A DNA stretch of 63,627 nucleotides from Pyrinomonadaceae bacterium (GTDB lineage: Bacteria > Acidobacteriota > Blastocatellia > Pyrinomonadales > Pyrinomonadaceae): positions 1 to 63,627 of the forward strand of contig DASROI010000030.1 in NCBI GenBank assembly GCA_035646955.1, given 5' to 3'. Made by a program: the position numbers and the translations under genes. The notes beneath the pieces are model-generated. The model saw only the letters and a list, made by a program, of their open reading frames with translations. It did not search any database and was not told the DNA's origin. Positions 26,633 through 35,764 of the stretch are shown here, piece by piece. Every line of letters begins with the position of its first letter. The stretch's first letter is position 1.

Positions 26633-27490
26633 TTGGGACTGCTTGACTCGATAAGAAAATGGATAGATGGCGAAACTGGCGAAGATCTACTCGAGGCCGC
26701 TGGTGAGCACGCAAAGCCACGGCGGGTTTGGGAAGAGTTCTTAGTCAAGATCGCACGTGAGGTTGAGGCGGCCATGCAGCGGGAGATGTTCACTCCCCCG
26801 GGTGGTCCAACCTATATCCCTCGTGAGTACATTGTCTACTTGAGTTCGGAAGACGACAAAGATTGGCAAGGCGATAAGCGCCGTGGTTTGGAACAGGGTC
26901 TCTTTCATGTGTTGTCGGAACGCGCGCGAGAGTTAAGCGGGTCGACTCAATTGGCGGTTAAGTCGTTTGCGGTTGAATTAAGAGTTGATGGCACGCTCAA
27001 CAAAGGTGAGTTTCGCGTCCAGGCGGTATGGGATGAAACTGAGAGTGGACACACGATGGTCACACCTCGAGTCGATCCATCGCGTTCTGCCCAACCGTTC
27101 AACCCGAACGAGACTATCAGAGAGATTGCTACTGAGACCGGTGAAACTGAACAAACCGTCGTCCGGCCAAAGGCTCTCCCGCTTTTCTCTGTAGAGGTTT
27201 GGCGCAGCGGTGTTCGCGAGGCTGTAGTCCCCATCATGAAGAGTGAGATCACAATCGGTAGAGGATCGCGAAGTGTTTCAGTTGATCTACCGCTCAAAGG
27301 TGATCCTGAGGTCAGTCGAGTACACGCTGTATTGTCGCGCGATAACGAAGGTAGGTTCTGGCTGGTGGCGAAAGGACGTAACCCGACTACAGTTAATGGG
27401 CGTGAGTTACCGCGTGAGGAAGCGACTGAAGTTGCACCTGATCAGCGAATATCGATCTGCATGTTTGTCCTTCGGATTCAACCCGCATAG
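26633..27490 (+). CDS. FHA-domain protein, second FhaA-like copy
   Basis: 285 aa with a TTG start preceded by GGAGG at 7-nt spacing. FHA: GRGSRSVSVDLPLKGDPEVSRVHAVLSRDNEGRFWLVAKGRNPTTVNGREL. The N-terminal IPREYIVYLSSEDD...GLFHVLSERARE is of FhaA N-domain type. Confidence 0.85.
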   Translation: MGLLDSIRKWIDGETGEDLLEAAGEHAKPRRVWEEFLVKIAREVEAAMQREMFTPPGGPTYIPREYIVYLSSEDDKDWQGDKRRGLEQGLFHVLSERARELSGSTQLAVKSFAVELRVDGTLNKGEFRVQAVWDETESGHTMVTPRVDPSRSAQPFNPNETIREIATETGETEQTVVRPKALPLFSVEVWRSGVREAVVPIMKSEITIGRGSRSVSVDLPLKGDPEVSRVHAVLSRDNEGRFWLVAKGRNPTTVNGRELPREEATEVAPDQRISICMFVLRIQPA

Positions 27491-27496
27491 TCTGCC

Positions 27497-27515
27497 AGCT
27501 CATAGCGACTGAGCT
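27497..27515. terminator. weak hairpin in the 25-nt convergent gap (possible bidirectional terminator)
   Basis: AGCTCA-tagcgac-TGAGCT lies between the FHA stop (27490) and the HD-GYP stop (27516). There is no clear U-tract. Confidence 0.3.
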
Positions 27516-28778
27516 TCAACCAGCACTCTCGACTTTTACTTTCATCTCAGAGTCGAGGTCATCAATCAAATCTTTCAGAAGCAACGGAGCTTCGTCAGGA
27601 TTGATATAACCCTTGCCGAGCATCTTCATGATCCGGCGCTCTTTCGCTTCGCCGGTTACTTCCTTCAACATCGCCCTGGCAAAGGCGGTAACAACCTTAC
27701 CGTCAAATTGCTTTCCACTGTTTTGCCTGAGGTCGCGCACCACATCCGGAAACGAGCGACGCCTCCGGTAAGGACGATCCGTTGTCATCGCATCAAATGA
27801 ATCAGCGAGCGAAACGATCTTGGCGCCAAGCGGAATCTGTTCGTCCGTTAGACCATCGGGATAGCCCCGACCATCAAGGCGTTCATGGTGATACTTAGCC
27901 ATCAGCGGAATGTCTGCGTAAGGATGATTGATCGGCCTTAGAATTTCGTATCCAGCGGCAGGATGGCGATTCAACTCGCTCGACTGTTTGGCGTCGATTT
28001 GATAAGGCGCGTTGATTATGTCGCGTTCAACTATCAACTTGCCAACATCATGAAGGTATCCAGCTATCTGAATTCCCTCGACCTCTTCTTCGCTCCAACC
28101 CAACTCTCTCGCGATGATTTCACTGTAGCGCCCTACTCGTTCGGAGTGTCCCTGGGTGTACTTGTCTTTGATATCTATGGCAGCGGCAAACGCCTTCACG
28201 GTGTCGCGATAGATGGCCCTCAAGTCTTGGTAAAGGCGTAAATTCTCTTCTGCTCGTTGGGCCAATTGTTCCATAAGCCGGTGAGTATGAATCCCAACGC
28301 CTATATGACGGACCATAGCGTGAATCGTGTCGAAGTCTTCGGGCGAGAATCCTTCGCCGCTGGCTTTACCACCAAGCAGGACAAATCCGGTCGTCTCGTT
28401 GCGAACAATCATGGGAATCACGAGTTCGATTCCCTCCTCGGTAAGACGGTCACGGTGTCGCTTAATAAAACTATTACTTCCCTCGATGTCTTTGACGCTC
28501 AAAGCGCAGTTATCTTCGATCAGAAATGCCGCTCTTTCTGTCTCATCGATGGACAACTCTTTGGCCACCGCATCATCGAGACCCCAGATCGCAACGCACT
28601 GAAGTGAATCACTATGACCACACTCGACCACGGCGCCGCGGCGGAGTGCAAGCGTGCCCAGGAGCAAGTGCATCGAGGTGCGCACCATTGCTGCAAAGTC
28701 ACCGGTATTGGCGACTTCCTGGCCCAGATCTGCTAGCGCACCGAATGTATGGATCAGTTTTTGAGTCGATGGCTCCAT
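27516..28778 (-). CDS. GAF-HD-GYP protein (predicted c-di-GMP phosphodiesterase)
   Basis: 420 aa. N-terminal GAF: IPMIVRNETTGFVLLGG. HD-GYP: QGHSERV, YLHDVGK, HHERLDGRGYPDGL, DSFDAMTTDRPYR. Confidence 0.9.
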   Translation of the reverse strand: MEPSTQKLIHTFGALADLGQEVANTGDFAAMVRTSMHLLLGTLALRRGAVVECGHSDSLQCVAIWGLDDAVAKELSIDETERAAFLIEDNCALSVKDIEGSNSFIKRHRDRLTEEGIELVIPMIVRNETTGFVLLGGKASGEGFSPEDFDTIHAMVRHIGVGIHTHRLMEQLAQRAEENLRLYQDLRAIYRDTVKAFAAAIDIKDKYTQGHSERVGRYSEIIARELGWSEEEVEGIQIAGYLHDVGKLIVERDIINAPYQIDAKQSSELNRHPAAGYEILRPINHPYADIPLMAKYHHERLDGRGYPDGLTDEQIPLGAKIVSLADSFDAMTTDRPYRRRRSFPDVVRDLRQNSGKQFDGKVVTAFARAMLKEVTGEAKERRIMKMLGKGYINPDEAPLLLKDLIDDLDSEMKVKVESAG

Positions 28779-28782
28779 CTAA

Positions 28783-29250
28783 TCAATGGGCTACTGTTTT
28801 TGCGTCAAAACCTGAGAGATTCGAGAGGGCTTCTTGCTCGTTCTTTGCGAGCACTACGTGTCGGGTCAACCCTAACATTTCAAAGAGTTGAATGGTTTGA
28901 ATGTTTACATCGGAAAAAACTATGCGGGCGCCATTTTTCTCGGCGACGTTAATTATACCCAGGAGGATAGAGATACCAATGCTATTGACGAGTTTAGTGT
29001 CGCTGAAGTCAATCACGAGAGCACGACAACCAGAATCCAACTGACGGCGGCACTCGCGCTCAATCTTTTCGCCCGTTAGCTTGTTGAGGTAGTCACTGGC
29101 ATAAATCACGGCCGTAGTGCCAACACAATGCGAACGTACTGCACCACTTATTATCTCCACCAGACAGTCCTCTCTGCCCTGAAAATAAAATGATCGTTGT
29201 AAGACGTTGTAACTTTTGGATGTGATCTTCAAGTAGAGCGGAGACCACAT
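28783..29250 (-). CDS. STAS-domain protein (anti-sigma-factor antagonist, SpoIIAA/RsbV-like)
   Basis: 155 aa. ALVIDFSDTKLVNSIGISILLG aligns with the vlDlsxvxfiDSsGl motif, and the phosphorylatable Ser is conserved (N-S-I-G). The gene starts 10 nt after the upstream stop and ends 4 nt before the downstream start. Confidence 0.8.
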   Translation of the reverse strand: MWSPLYLKITSKSYNVLQRSFYFQGREDCLVEIISGAVRSHCVGTTAVIYASDYLNKLTGEKIERECRRQLDSGCRALVIDFSDTKLVNSIGISILLGIINVAEKNGARIVFSDVNIQTIQLFEMLGLTRHVVLAKNEQEALSNLSGFDAKTVAH

Positions 29251-29260
29251 CGAATCCCTG

Positions 29261-31534
29261 TTAAGAAGTGCGACTACGGAGGTACTTTGTCATTCGGAGG
29301 CTAGTACCTTCATCAACTCGTTCGAACTCGACTTCATCCATGAGTGTCCGGATCAGTCTAAGTCCCCAACCGCGTCGTTCTTCTGCGCCCTCGTCGGGTT
29401 CTGGCTTAGTCGTAATCGCGCCGTTAGTGCCGATATTGGTTGGCACAATGCCGCGGCTCGAAATTGTGACGACTAATCTATCACTTTCGACCCGAAAACG
29501 CTGATAAATTTTTCTTTCCGGGCTAAAACTGTGCTCCGCAGCGTTCAGACAAGCCTCCACGATCGCCGTTTTAATCTGATTGATCGCTTCGGAACCAAAG
29601 TCCAGCCTCCGGGCTACCTGCTCAACAGCGTTTGCCGCAATGAGTTCATTCTCGTCGCCCATTGGTACGATCATCACGAATTCATCGGTATCTTCAGGGA
29701 CGCTGGCAGGCTGATTTTCACCCAAAAGTGAGCTAAGTAGCTCAATTTGAGACAAACTCGAGCTGAAACCGTGACGGCGCTCAATTTCTTGGGCAGCCTC
29801 GTCCGAGAAACCCTCTCTTGAGATTAGCCACAGCTGAGAACGCCTGAAACTCAGCCGGCTCCCTACGGACTCCAACCGCTCCAGCCATAACTGAGCGACA
29901 TCCAGCGCCACCTCAAGCTTCGAGTCAATTTCCGCTACCAGCCAGATAACTTCATTAGCGTCGGTGTAGATTGCTTCGCCAAAAGAATGAGCGATGACGC
30001 ACCTGTCATCATCACAAACCTGGCGCATGTCGCTGTCAAACGCTACACAACTTGCAACGTGAATTGTCTGCGGCAGTTTTACGAACTCTGTCTCACTCTC
30101 AAGTTCTGCCGGTAGTTTTTCGCGGTCCAGCCCTCTGTACTTCTGGTTAAAGCCACCGTTGTTCAGCAGGACACTCGGTATACGCTGGCAATCAAATCGC
30201 GTCATCAGGTTACGCAGATCAAGACGGCCCATACGGCGATAATGACGAGCCATCGTATGAGGAGCGCGCTTTAGGGAATCAGTCAACGCATCGGCCGCAA
30301 CCAGGGCTCGCGACTCATTGTTGACGTCCAGCCTGTACCGTACTTTTAAATAGTCGTGCCATGGTTGTGGTCCAGAACCCGTCTCTATCGTGCCTTCGTT
30401 CCAGTTGATAAACTCCTGAACATGCAAGCGATGCAGGATGTCCTCGAGTTCTTCGGCATCAAGTCGAAGGTGTCTGCGCCAGGTTTCGAAGGAAGACGCC
30501 TGGTCCTGGCTGGCAATTGCTTCCCACAACAAACGGATCAAACCCTGGCGGGTATCGAGACGAGGCGCAGCTTCCTCGAGTAGATCGCTGAAGTGCCGAT
30601 GAAGATGGCCACCTAAGAGTTCGTCGACATAAAGCCGTTCACAATCAAGGTAAGAAATCAGTGCTACATTTCTTTCGCGCGCAGCTTGCAACACGGTGCT
30701 AATGAAGAAAGGACTTCCCGCAAACTGCTGGACCAGTAGATCTCTAACCTCGGTGCTTATTGCGACTCGTTGGCGACTTGCTACTTGCTCAACAAGTAAG
30801 CTCGCCTGTTCGGATTCAAGCTGTTCAAGGCGAAGGATATCCAGCTTTTCAAAATCGACTTCGGCCTGGTGAGCGGCGGAGAGAATTTGTCGCCTTAGAC
30901 CAGCAACAACGAATGAGAAACCGCCGCGAGCGAAGACGCGCATTACCTCCGTTCCCAACACGACAGCACCGTTCAGGTACTCAGCCAGCTGTGCTCCATC
31001 CAATATAACGAACGGCCGCCCTCTGGCTGCGGGCACACGTTGCGGGGCCCCAAGGCAGAATCGGACCAGGGCGCGATCATCGTTACTAAACCGCAACCGT
31101 CCATAAGAGCTAACCATCTGTTGGATCCACGGGAGGTCTGCAGGCGGAGCGAGATCCACCAGGTCGTCCAACGTTAGAGACGCATAACACAACGATGGTT
31201 CGTTACGACGGAAAGCAATGTACTGGTGTAGAAATGCGTTTAGAAACTCTATAGCAGTACTGACTGCGGTCGTGTCGTTTCTCGTGAAGGCAAAATATAT
31301 TGGAATAACTTCAGAACGAAGATTGAAGATCTGATCAAAGCTTTGACGCAGAAGTTCAGAAACTCCCGCGGAAGGAGCCATCAGCACGAGCAGACCGCGC
31401 TGGGACCTTTCAATGGCGGTTTGCTCGATCAGTTTTCTTAATTCGGTCGTGCGCCCGATGAAACCTTCCCGGGCAACCCGAGCCAGAATCCGGCTACTTG
31501 GTTCATTCGGGTTAGGCTTCATTTGAGCTCGCAC
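29261..31534 (-). CDS. 757-aa fusion: degenerate AAA_16/STAND-like NTPase N-domain, unassigned middle region, and C-terminal RsbW/SpoIIAB-type HATPase kinase domain
   Basis: The N-terminal FIGRTTELRKLIE...GLLVLMAPSAGVSELL aligns to FVGRxxEL...GExGIGKSxL, with the Walker A Lys replaced by Val. Walker-B-like: PFVILDGAQ. The C-terminal 140 aa carry EACLNAAEHS (N box), GWGLRLIR (G2) and DEGTSLRMTKYL. The start overlaps the upstream GGDEF gene by 23 nt. Confidence 0.75.
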   Translation of the reverse strand: MRAQMKPNPNEPSSRILARVAREGFIGRTTELRKLIEQTAIERSQRGLLVLMAPSAGVSELLRQSFDQIFNLRSEVIPIYFAFTRNDTTAVSTAIEFLNAFLHQYIAFRRNEPSLCYASLTLDDLVDLAPPADLPWIQQMVSSYGRLRFSNDDRALVRFCLGAPQRVPAARGRPFVILDGAQLAEYLNGAVVLGTEVMRVFARGGFSFVVAGLRRQILSAAHQAEVDFEKLDILRLEQLESEQASLLVEQVASRQRVAISTEVRDLLVQQFAGSPFFISTVLQAARERNVALISYLDCERLYVDELLGGHLHRHFSDLLEEAAPRLDTRQGLIRLLWEAIASQDQASSFETWRRHLRLDAEELEDILHRLHVQEFINWNEGTIETGSGPQPWHDYLKVRYRLDVNNESRALVAADALTDSLKRAPHTMARHYRRMGRLDLRNLMTRFDCQRIPSVLLNNGGFNQKYRGLDREKLPAELESETEFVKLPQTIHVASCVAFDSDMRQVCDDDRCVIAHSFGEAIYTDANEVIWLVAEIDSKLEVALDVAQLWLERLESVGSRLSFRRSQLWLISREGFSDEAAQEIERRHGFSSSLSQIELLSSLLGENQPASVPEDTDEFVMIVPMGDENELIAANAVEQVARRLDFGSEAINQIKTAIVEACLNAAEHSFSPERKIYQRFRVESDRLVVTISSRGIVPTNIGTNGAITTKPEPDEGAEERRGWGLRLIRTLMDEVEFERVDEGTSLRMTKYLRSRTS

Positions 31535-33224
31535 CTTCGACTAAGTCCTGGTAGAACTCAATGCGATCCTTTCCCAAACTCTTTGCTCGATAAAGCGCTC
31601 GGTCCGCTGCCGCAATAACCGTTTCGGCCGAGTTGACGAGTGACGAGAAACTCGACACTCCGATACTGATGGTAACGTGGCCCTGTGGTTGCGACTTGCC
31701 GTGGGGAAAGTGTGTAGTAGCAACACGCTGGCGAATACGGTCAGCGATCACAGCGGCTTCTGTCGCAGTTGTTTGCGGCAAAAGGATAGAAAACTCTTCG
31801 CCTCCGTAACGGGAGGCAACGTCCGCGGATCTGAGAGCCCCTTTTAGACAGTGTGCCGTGATTTGCAGAGCCAAATCTCCAGCTTGATGTCCATTGTTGT
31901 CGTTGTATGCTTTGAAATCGTCAATGTCGATCATCAAAAAGCACATCGGGTCTTCGTTACGCTTTGATCGATTGACTTCTTCCGTTAAGCGTTCTTCGAG
32001 ATATCTTCGATTCGGCAGACCCGTTAAAGGGTCTGTGATCGACATCAACTGGAAAGCAGTTGCGCGCTCTTGCCACTCGGCTTTTTCGAGGGCCAGTGCT
32101 ACCTGTGGTCGAATAATCTCCAGCAGACTAAGGTCGACCTCGTCATAGTTTCGACCGCCGACTTTATCGGCAATGTTCAAGACGCCAATTTTTCGCCCGC
32201 CTATCGTGATCGGAAAACTGATAAACGACTTCGTCTTGTAGCGACGCTCTGCGGGTGCAGGTGTAATGGCTGAACTCTCGACGTCATCGATGATCAACGC
32301 TTTTCCCGATTCAATGACCGAACCTGAAACACCCTCTCCAACTCGCATGTGCCCGACGGAACCCGGATCAACACTCATTCCAATGGCAGCTTTCAAAACA
32401 AGTTTGTCAGCACCCTCATCGAAGACCATCAAAGACGCGCGTTCTGAATTGAGTAACTCCCTGGAGTTGCTGATGATCGAGTAATAAGTCTTGGTTGGAT
32501 CGTCGGAGCTGATGCGTTGGAGAAACCGCTGGAGAGTATCTGTAAAGCGCGAACTATGTTCGAGTTCTCCCCTCAGGCGTTCAATCTCTAATTCCAGGCT
32601 CCGATCCGTAACTGCAGGAGCAGCGGTGTCGATGCGCGCTATTGCGTCAGTTGTTGGACCACTTGCGCCATTGGCCTGAACCAGAGAGTGGGTTGAAGGC
32701 CCAGGTGCTGCTCCATACCTGACAGCGCCCTTTCCTACTCGTTCAGCCAGGTCTCGCAATCGATGTCGTTCCGCAAAGATTGCATTCGAGAAAAAAGAGT
32801 CAGACTCGAGTTCTTTCAATTCACCGCTGCGATATCGCTCTACCAACAGTTGGTAATCAGCTCCGTTGACGAATGCTCTTCCACCAATTACCGCCAGCGC
32901 TCTGCCCTCGATTTGAACCGGTTGAGCAAAACACATGAGGCCTGCATGGCATTTGTATTCGATGGTTGAGTTTGCCTGGGTGGCTTTACGGTGAGCTTCC
33001 CCGCAAAAGGGATCACAACGTTTCTTGTGTGTATTAGAAGATTGAAAGGCTGAGCAGACAGAGTTGTTGTTGGACACAACGAGGGCTGGCGGCTGAGGGC
33101 CGCTCACCAAAAGCATCGACAGGCCGAAAGAATTTGCGAGACCGTCCTGGAGTTCTGGCCATCCAGTTGGGGCATCCTCACGGTTTTCCTGTCCCCTTGA
33201 GGAACTGGGGGAGTTATTTGACAT
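31512..33224 (-). CDS. PocR-like sensor, coiled coil, GAF and GGDEF diguanylate cyclase
   Basis: 570 aa. PocR-type Cys/His pattern: CSAFQSSNTHKKRCDPFC...YKCHAGLMCFAQPVQIEGRALAVIGG. GAF: FISFPITIGGRKIGVLNIAD. GGDEF: active site RYGGEEF with an RSAD I-site five residues upstream. Confidence 0.88.
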   Translation of the reverse strand: MSNNSPSSSRGQENREDAPTGWPELQDGLANSFGLSMLLVSGPQPPALVVSNNNSVCSAFQSSNTHKKRCDPFCGEAHRKATQANSTIEYKCHAGLMCFAQPVQIEGRALAVIGGRAFVNGADYQLLVERYRSGELKELESDSFFSNAIFAERHRLRDLAERVGKGAVRYGAAPGPSTHSLVQANGASGPTTDAIARIDTAAPAVTDRSLELEIERLRGELEHSSRFTDTLQRFLQRISSDDPTKTYYSIISNSRELLNSERASLMVFDEGADKLVLKAAIGMSVDPGSVGHMRVGEGVSGSVIESGKALIIDDVESSAITPAPAERRYKTKSFISFPITIGGRKIGVLNIADKVGGRNYDEVDLSLLEIIRPQVALALEKAEWQERATAFQLMSITDPLTGLPNRRYLEERLTEEVNRSKRNEDPMCFLMIDIDDFKAYNDNNGHQAGDLALQITAHCLKGALRSADVASRYGGEEFSILLPQTTATEAAVIADRIRQRVATTHFPHGKSQPQGHVTISIGVSSFSSLVNSAETVIAAADRALYRAKSLGKDRIEFYQDLVEGASSNEA

Positions 33225-33651
33225 CCAGCATTTCGGGCCTGCTGTTCCGTCGTTTGAGTCTGGCTCGCTCTGGGCAAGACTAAATCAGCAGCCGTCTCTC
33301 ATCTACCAAGTATAGGTTTCAAACGTATGTCCTACAACCACTTAGCGTCTCTTCCGGGGATTGCCGGCGCGCTTGGGGCATGACTATTGTGTTAAACGGC
33401 GAATAGCATTCGTCTTTCACTATGCTTGCCTGTTTTTCGTTAGAAACAAAGAATCGCTGTGAAGATCCTGCCAGAACTTTGAAGCGACTCCGACAAAATA
33501 GCAAGTGGAAGAAGTGACTCATCAAGACCCGTTACACGACCATGAGTTGAGCAACTTGCTGTCAACTCGGCTCACCCAGAAACGGAGAGTTACTATCAAC
33601 CACAATTTCAGCAGCCACGACAGTCGCTGCGGTCCTGGTTCTGTGAAGGGT

Positions 33652-34731
33652 TCACAATGCTCGGAGGCCGGGGGCGTCGTTGGGTGCGACGGTTTCAATA
33701 TCGGGCTGTTGCGGACTAATCCTGATGCAGGCGGCGAAATGATTGGGCTTAATCTCTACAAGTTCCGGAACTACCTCTTTGCATTTATCGATCGCATAAG
33801 GACAGCGTGTGTGAAACCGACAACCTGACGGTGGATTGATTGGCGAAGGAACATCGCCTTCGAGAACGATGCGTTGCCTTGATGCTTCGACAGCGGGATC
33901 GGGCACGGGTACGGCCGAGATGAGGGCTCGGGTGTAAGGCATCAGAGGCTCGTCGTAAATTGTCTTTGCATCGGCGACTTCAACCAGCTTTCCCAGGTAC
34001 ATCACTGCCACTCGATCCGAAACGTGCCTGACGGCGCGTAGGTCATGAGAGATGAAAAGATAGGTCAAATTCTTTTCGCGCCGAAGTCGTTCGAGCAAAT
34101 TCATGATCTGAGCTTGAATCGATACGTCAAGTGCGGATATTGGTTCATCAGCAACGATAAAATCCGGATCTACCGCCAGGGCCCGGGCTATTCCAATTCG
34201 CTGGCGTTGACCACCAGAAAACTCATGAGGATAGCGTTTGATAAATCGTTTGCTGAGACCAACTGTTTCCAGCAGCTCTTGAACTCGACGTTCACCATCT
34301 TTGCCGCGGGCCAAACCAAACGTATCAAGTGGTTCACCGACAATCTGGCCAATCGTCATCCGCGGATTCAGAGACGCATATGGATCCTGAAAGATCATCT
34401 GGAGATTCCTGCGCTGCTCCCGAAGATCACGCGAGTTTAACTTGGACAGATCCTTGTCGCGGTAAAAAATCTGTCCGGACGTTGGTTCAATCAACCTTAG
34501 GACTGCTCGACCAAGTGTCGACTTACCGCAACCTGACTCACCGACCAGTCCCAGGGTCTCTCCTTTGAGAATCTCTAGTGATACTCCATCAACGGCTTTC
34601 ACTACTCGTCTTGTCGAACCTGCACCAAGCAACTTGTCGAAGACGCCACCACCGCCCATGTCGAAATGCACTTTCAAATCTCGAATCGAGATCAGAGACG
34701 AACCGTTGGTTTCTGTATTCGTGGCATTCAT
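33652..34731 (-). CDS. peptide ABC transporter ATP-binding protein (OppF/DppF-type)
   Basis: 359 aa with [33 protein letters not shown] and a C-terminal oligopeptide-type extension, [11 protein letters not shown]. Confidence 0.9.
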   Translation of the reverse strand: MNATNTETNGSSLISIRDLKVHFDMGGGGVFDKLLGAGSTRRVVKAVDGVSLEILKGETLGLVGESGCGKSTLGRAVLRLIEPTSGQIFYRDKDLSKLNSRDLREQRRNLQMIFQDPYASLNPRMTIGQIVGEPLDTFGLARGKDGERRVQELLETVGLSKRFIKRYPHEFSGGQRQRIGIARALAVDPDFIVADEPISALDVSIQAQIMNLLERLRREKNLTYLFISHDLRAVRHVSDRVAVMYLGKLVEVADAKTIYDEPLMPYTRALISAVPVPDPAVEASRQRIVLEGDVPSPINPPSGCRFHTRCPYAIDKCKEVVPELVEIKPNHFAACIRISPQQPDIETVAPNDAPGLRAL

Positions 34732-34737
34732 TGTTGG

Positions 34738-35754
34738 CTAACTGGCTTGCGAGCTGCCTCCGGATTCTGCGAATACATCTCCTGCAAAATGACAGAGCGA
34801 GAAATGGTCGGCGTTCAGTTGTACAAAAGGTGGAAATTCTTGACGGCAAATTTCCTCAACGCGTTCACAGCGCGGAGCAAATGGACACCCGGGCTTTAAA
34901 TGTGCAACGTCTGGAGGCAGACCTGGAATCTGATAGAGCTTTCCCTGTTCGGCCGTCGGATCGGGCACCGAACGTAATAACCCCTTGGTGTAGGGATTCC
35001 CCGGCGTAGCGAATAATTCTCTGGTCCTGGCCTGCTCAAATATTTTGCCGGCATACATAACGATGACATGGTCCGTCATACCAGCAACGACACCCAAGTC
35101 GTGTGTTATCAGGATGACGCTGGTCCCGGTATCCTGTTTTAGTTTTTTAATGAGTTCGAGAATCTGTGCCTGGATTGTGACGTCAAGGGCGGTAGTAGGT
35201 TCATCGGCAATCAGGAGTTCCGGATGGCACGAGAGCGCCATCGCAATCATGACACGTTGGCGCATGCCTCCTGAGAACTCGTGCGGATAATCGTCGACGC
35301 GCATCCTCGCATCAGGAATTCCAACGGTTTCCAGCATTCGAATCGCATGCTCGTAGGCTTGGGCTCTCTTATGACCGAGATGCAGTTCAGTCATCTCCAT
35401 TAACTGCCTCGAGATTCTCATAAAGGGATTCAGCGAGGTCATAGGATCCTGGAAAATCATCGCGATACGCCGGCCTCTAATTTTTCGGACCGCATCCGAA
35501 GGCAACAACAAGATATCTTCACCGTTGAAGAGAACTTCGCCAGAAACGATTTTCCCGGGCGGATCAGGAATAAGCCGGAGAATCGAAAGATTGGTAACTG
35601 ATTTGCCCGAGCCCGATTCCCCGACGATACCAAGTGTCTCGCCGCGATGGAGTTGGAATGAGATTCCATCGACCGCCTTCACCAGGCCGTCGTCGGTATT
35701 AAAGTAGGTCCTTAGTTCGTTTACTTCGAGGAGTGTTCCGTTTTTTTGGGTCAT
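34738..35754 (-). CDS. peptide ABC transporter ATP-binding protein (OppD/DppD-type)
   Basis: 338 aa with [33 protein letters not shown] and GCPFAPRC. Confidence 0.9.
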   Translation of the reverse strand: MTQKNGTLLEVNELRTYFNTDDGLVKAVDGISFQLHRGETLGIVGESGSGKSVTNLSILRLIPDPPGKIVSGEVLFNGEDILLLPSDAVRKIRGRRIAMIFQDPMTSLNPFMRISRQLMEMTELHLGHKRAQAYEHAIRMLETVGIPDARMRVDDYPHEFSGGMRQRVMIAMALSCHPELLIADEPTTALDVTIQAQILELIKKLKQDTGTSVILITHDLGVVAGMTDHVIVMYAGKIFEQARTRELFATPGNPYTKGLLRSVPDPTAEQGKLYQIPGLPPDVAHLKPGCPFAPRCERVEEICRQEFPPFVQLNADHFSLCHFAGDVFAESGGSSQAS

Positions 35755-35764
35755 TCGACAGAAG

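Noticed and set aside
33319-33828. Two short ORFs (68 aa on the minus strand, 107 aa on the plus strand) in and around the 427-nt gap upstream of the PocR-GGDEF gene.
   Set aside because: They have no SD and no motifs, and one runs into the OppF 3-prime end. I treat the region as the non-coding upstream region of the c-di-GMP operon. I found no convincing promoter by eye.
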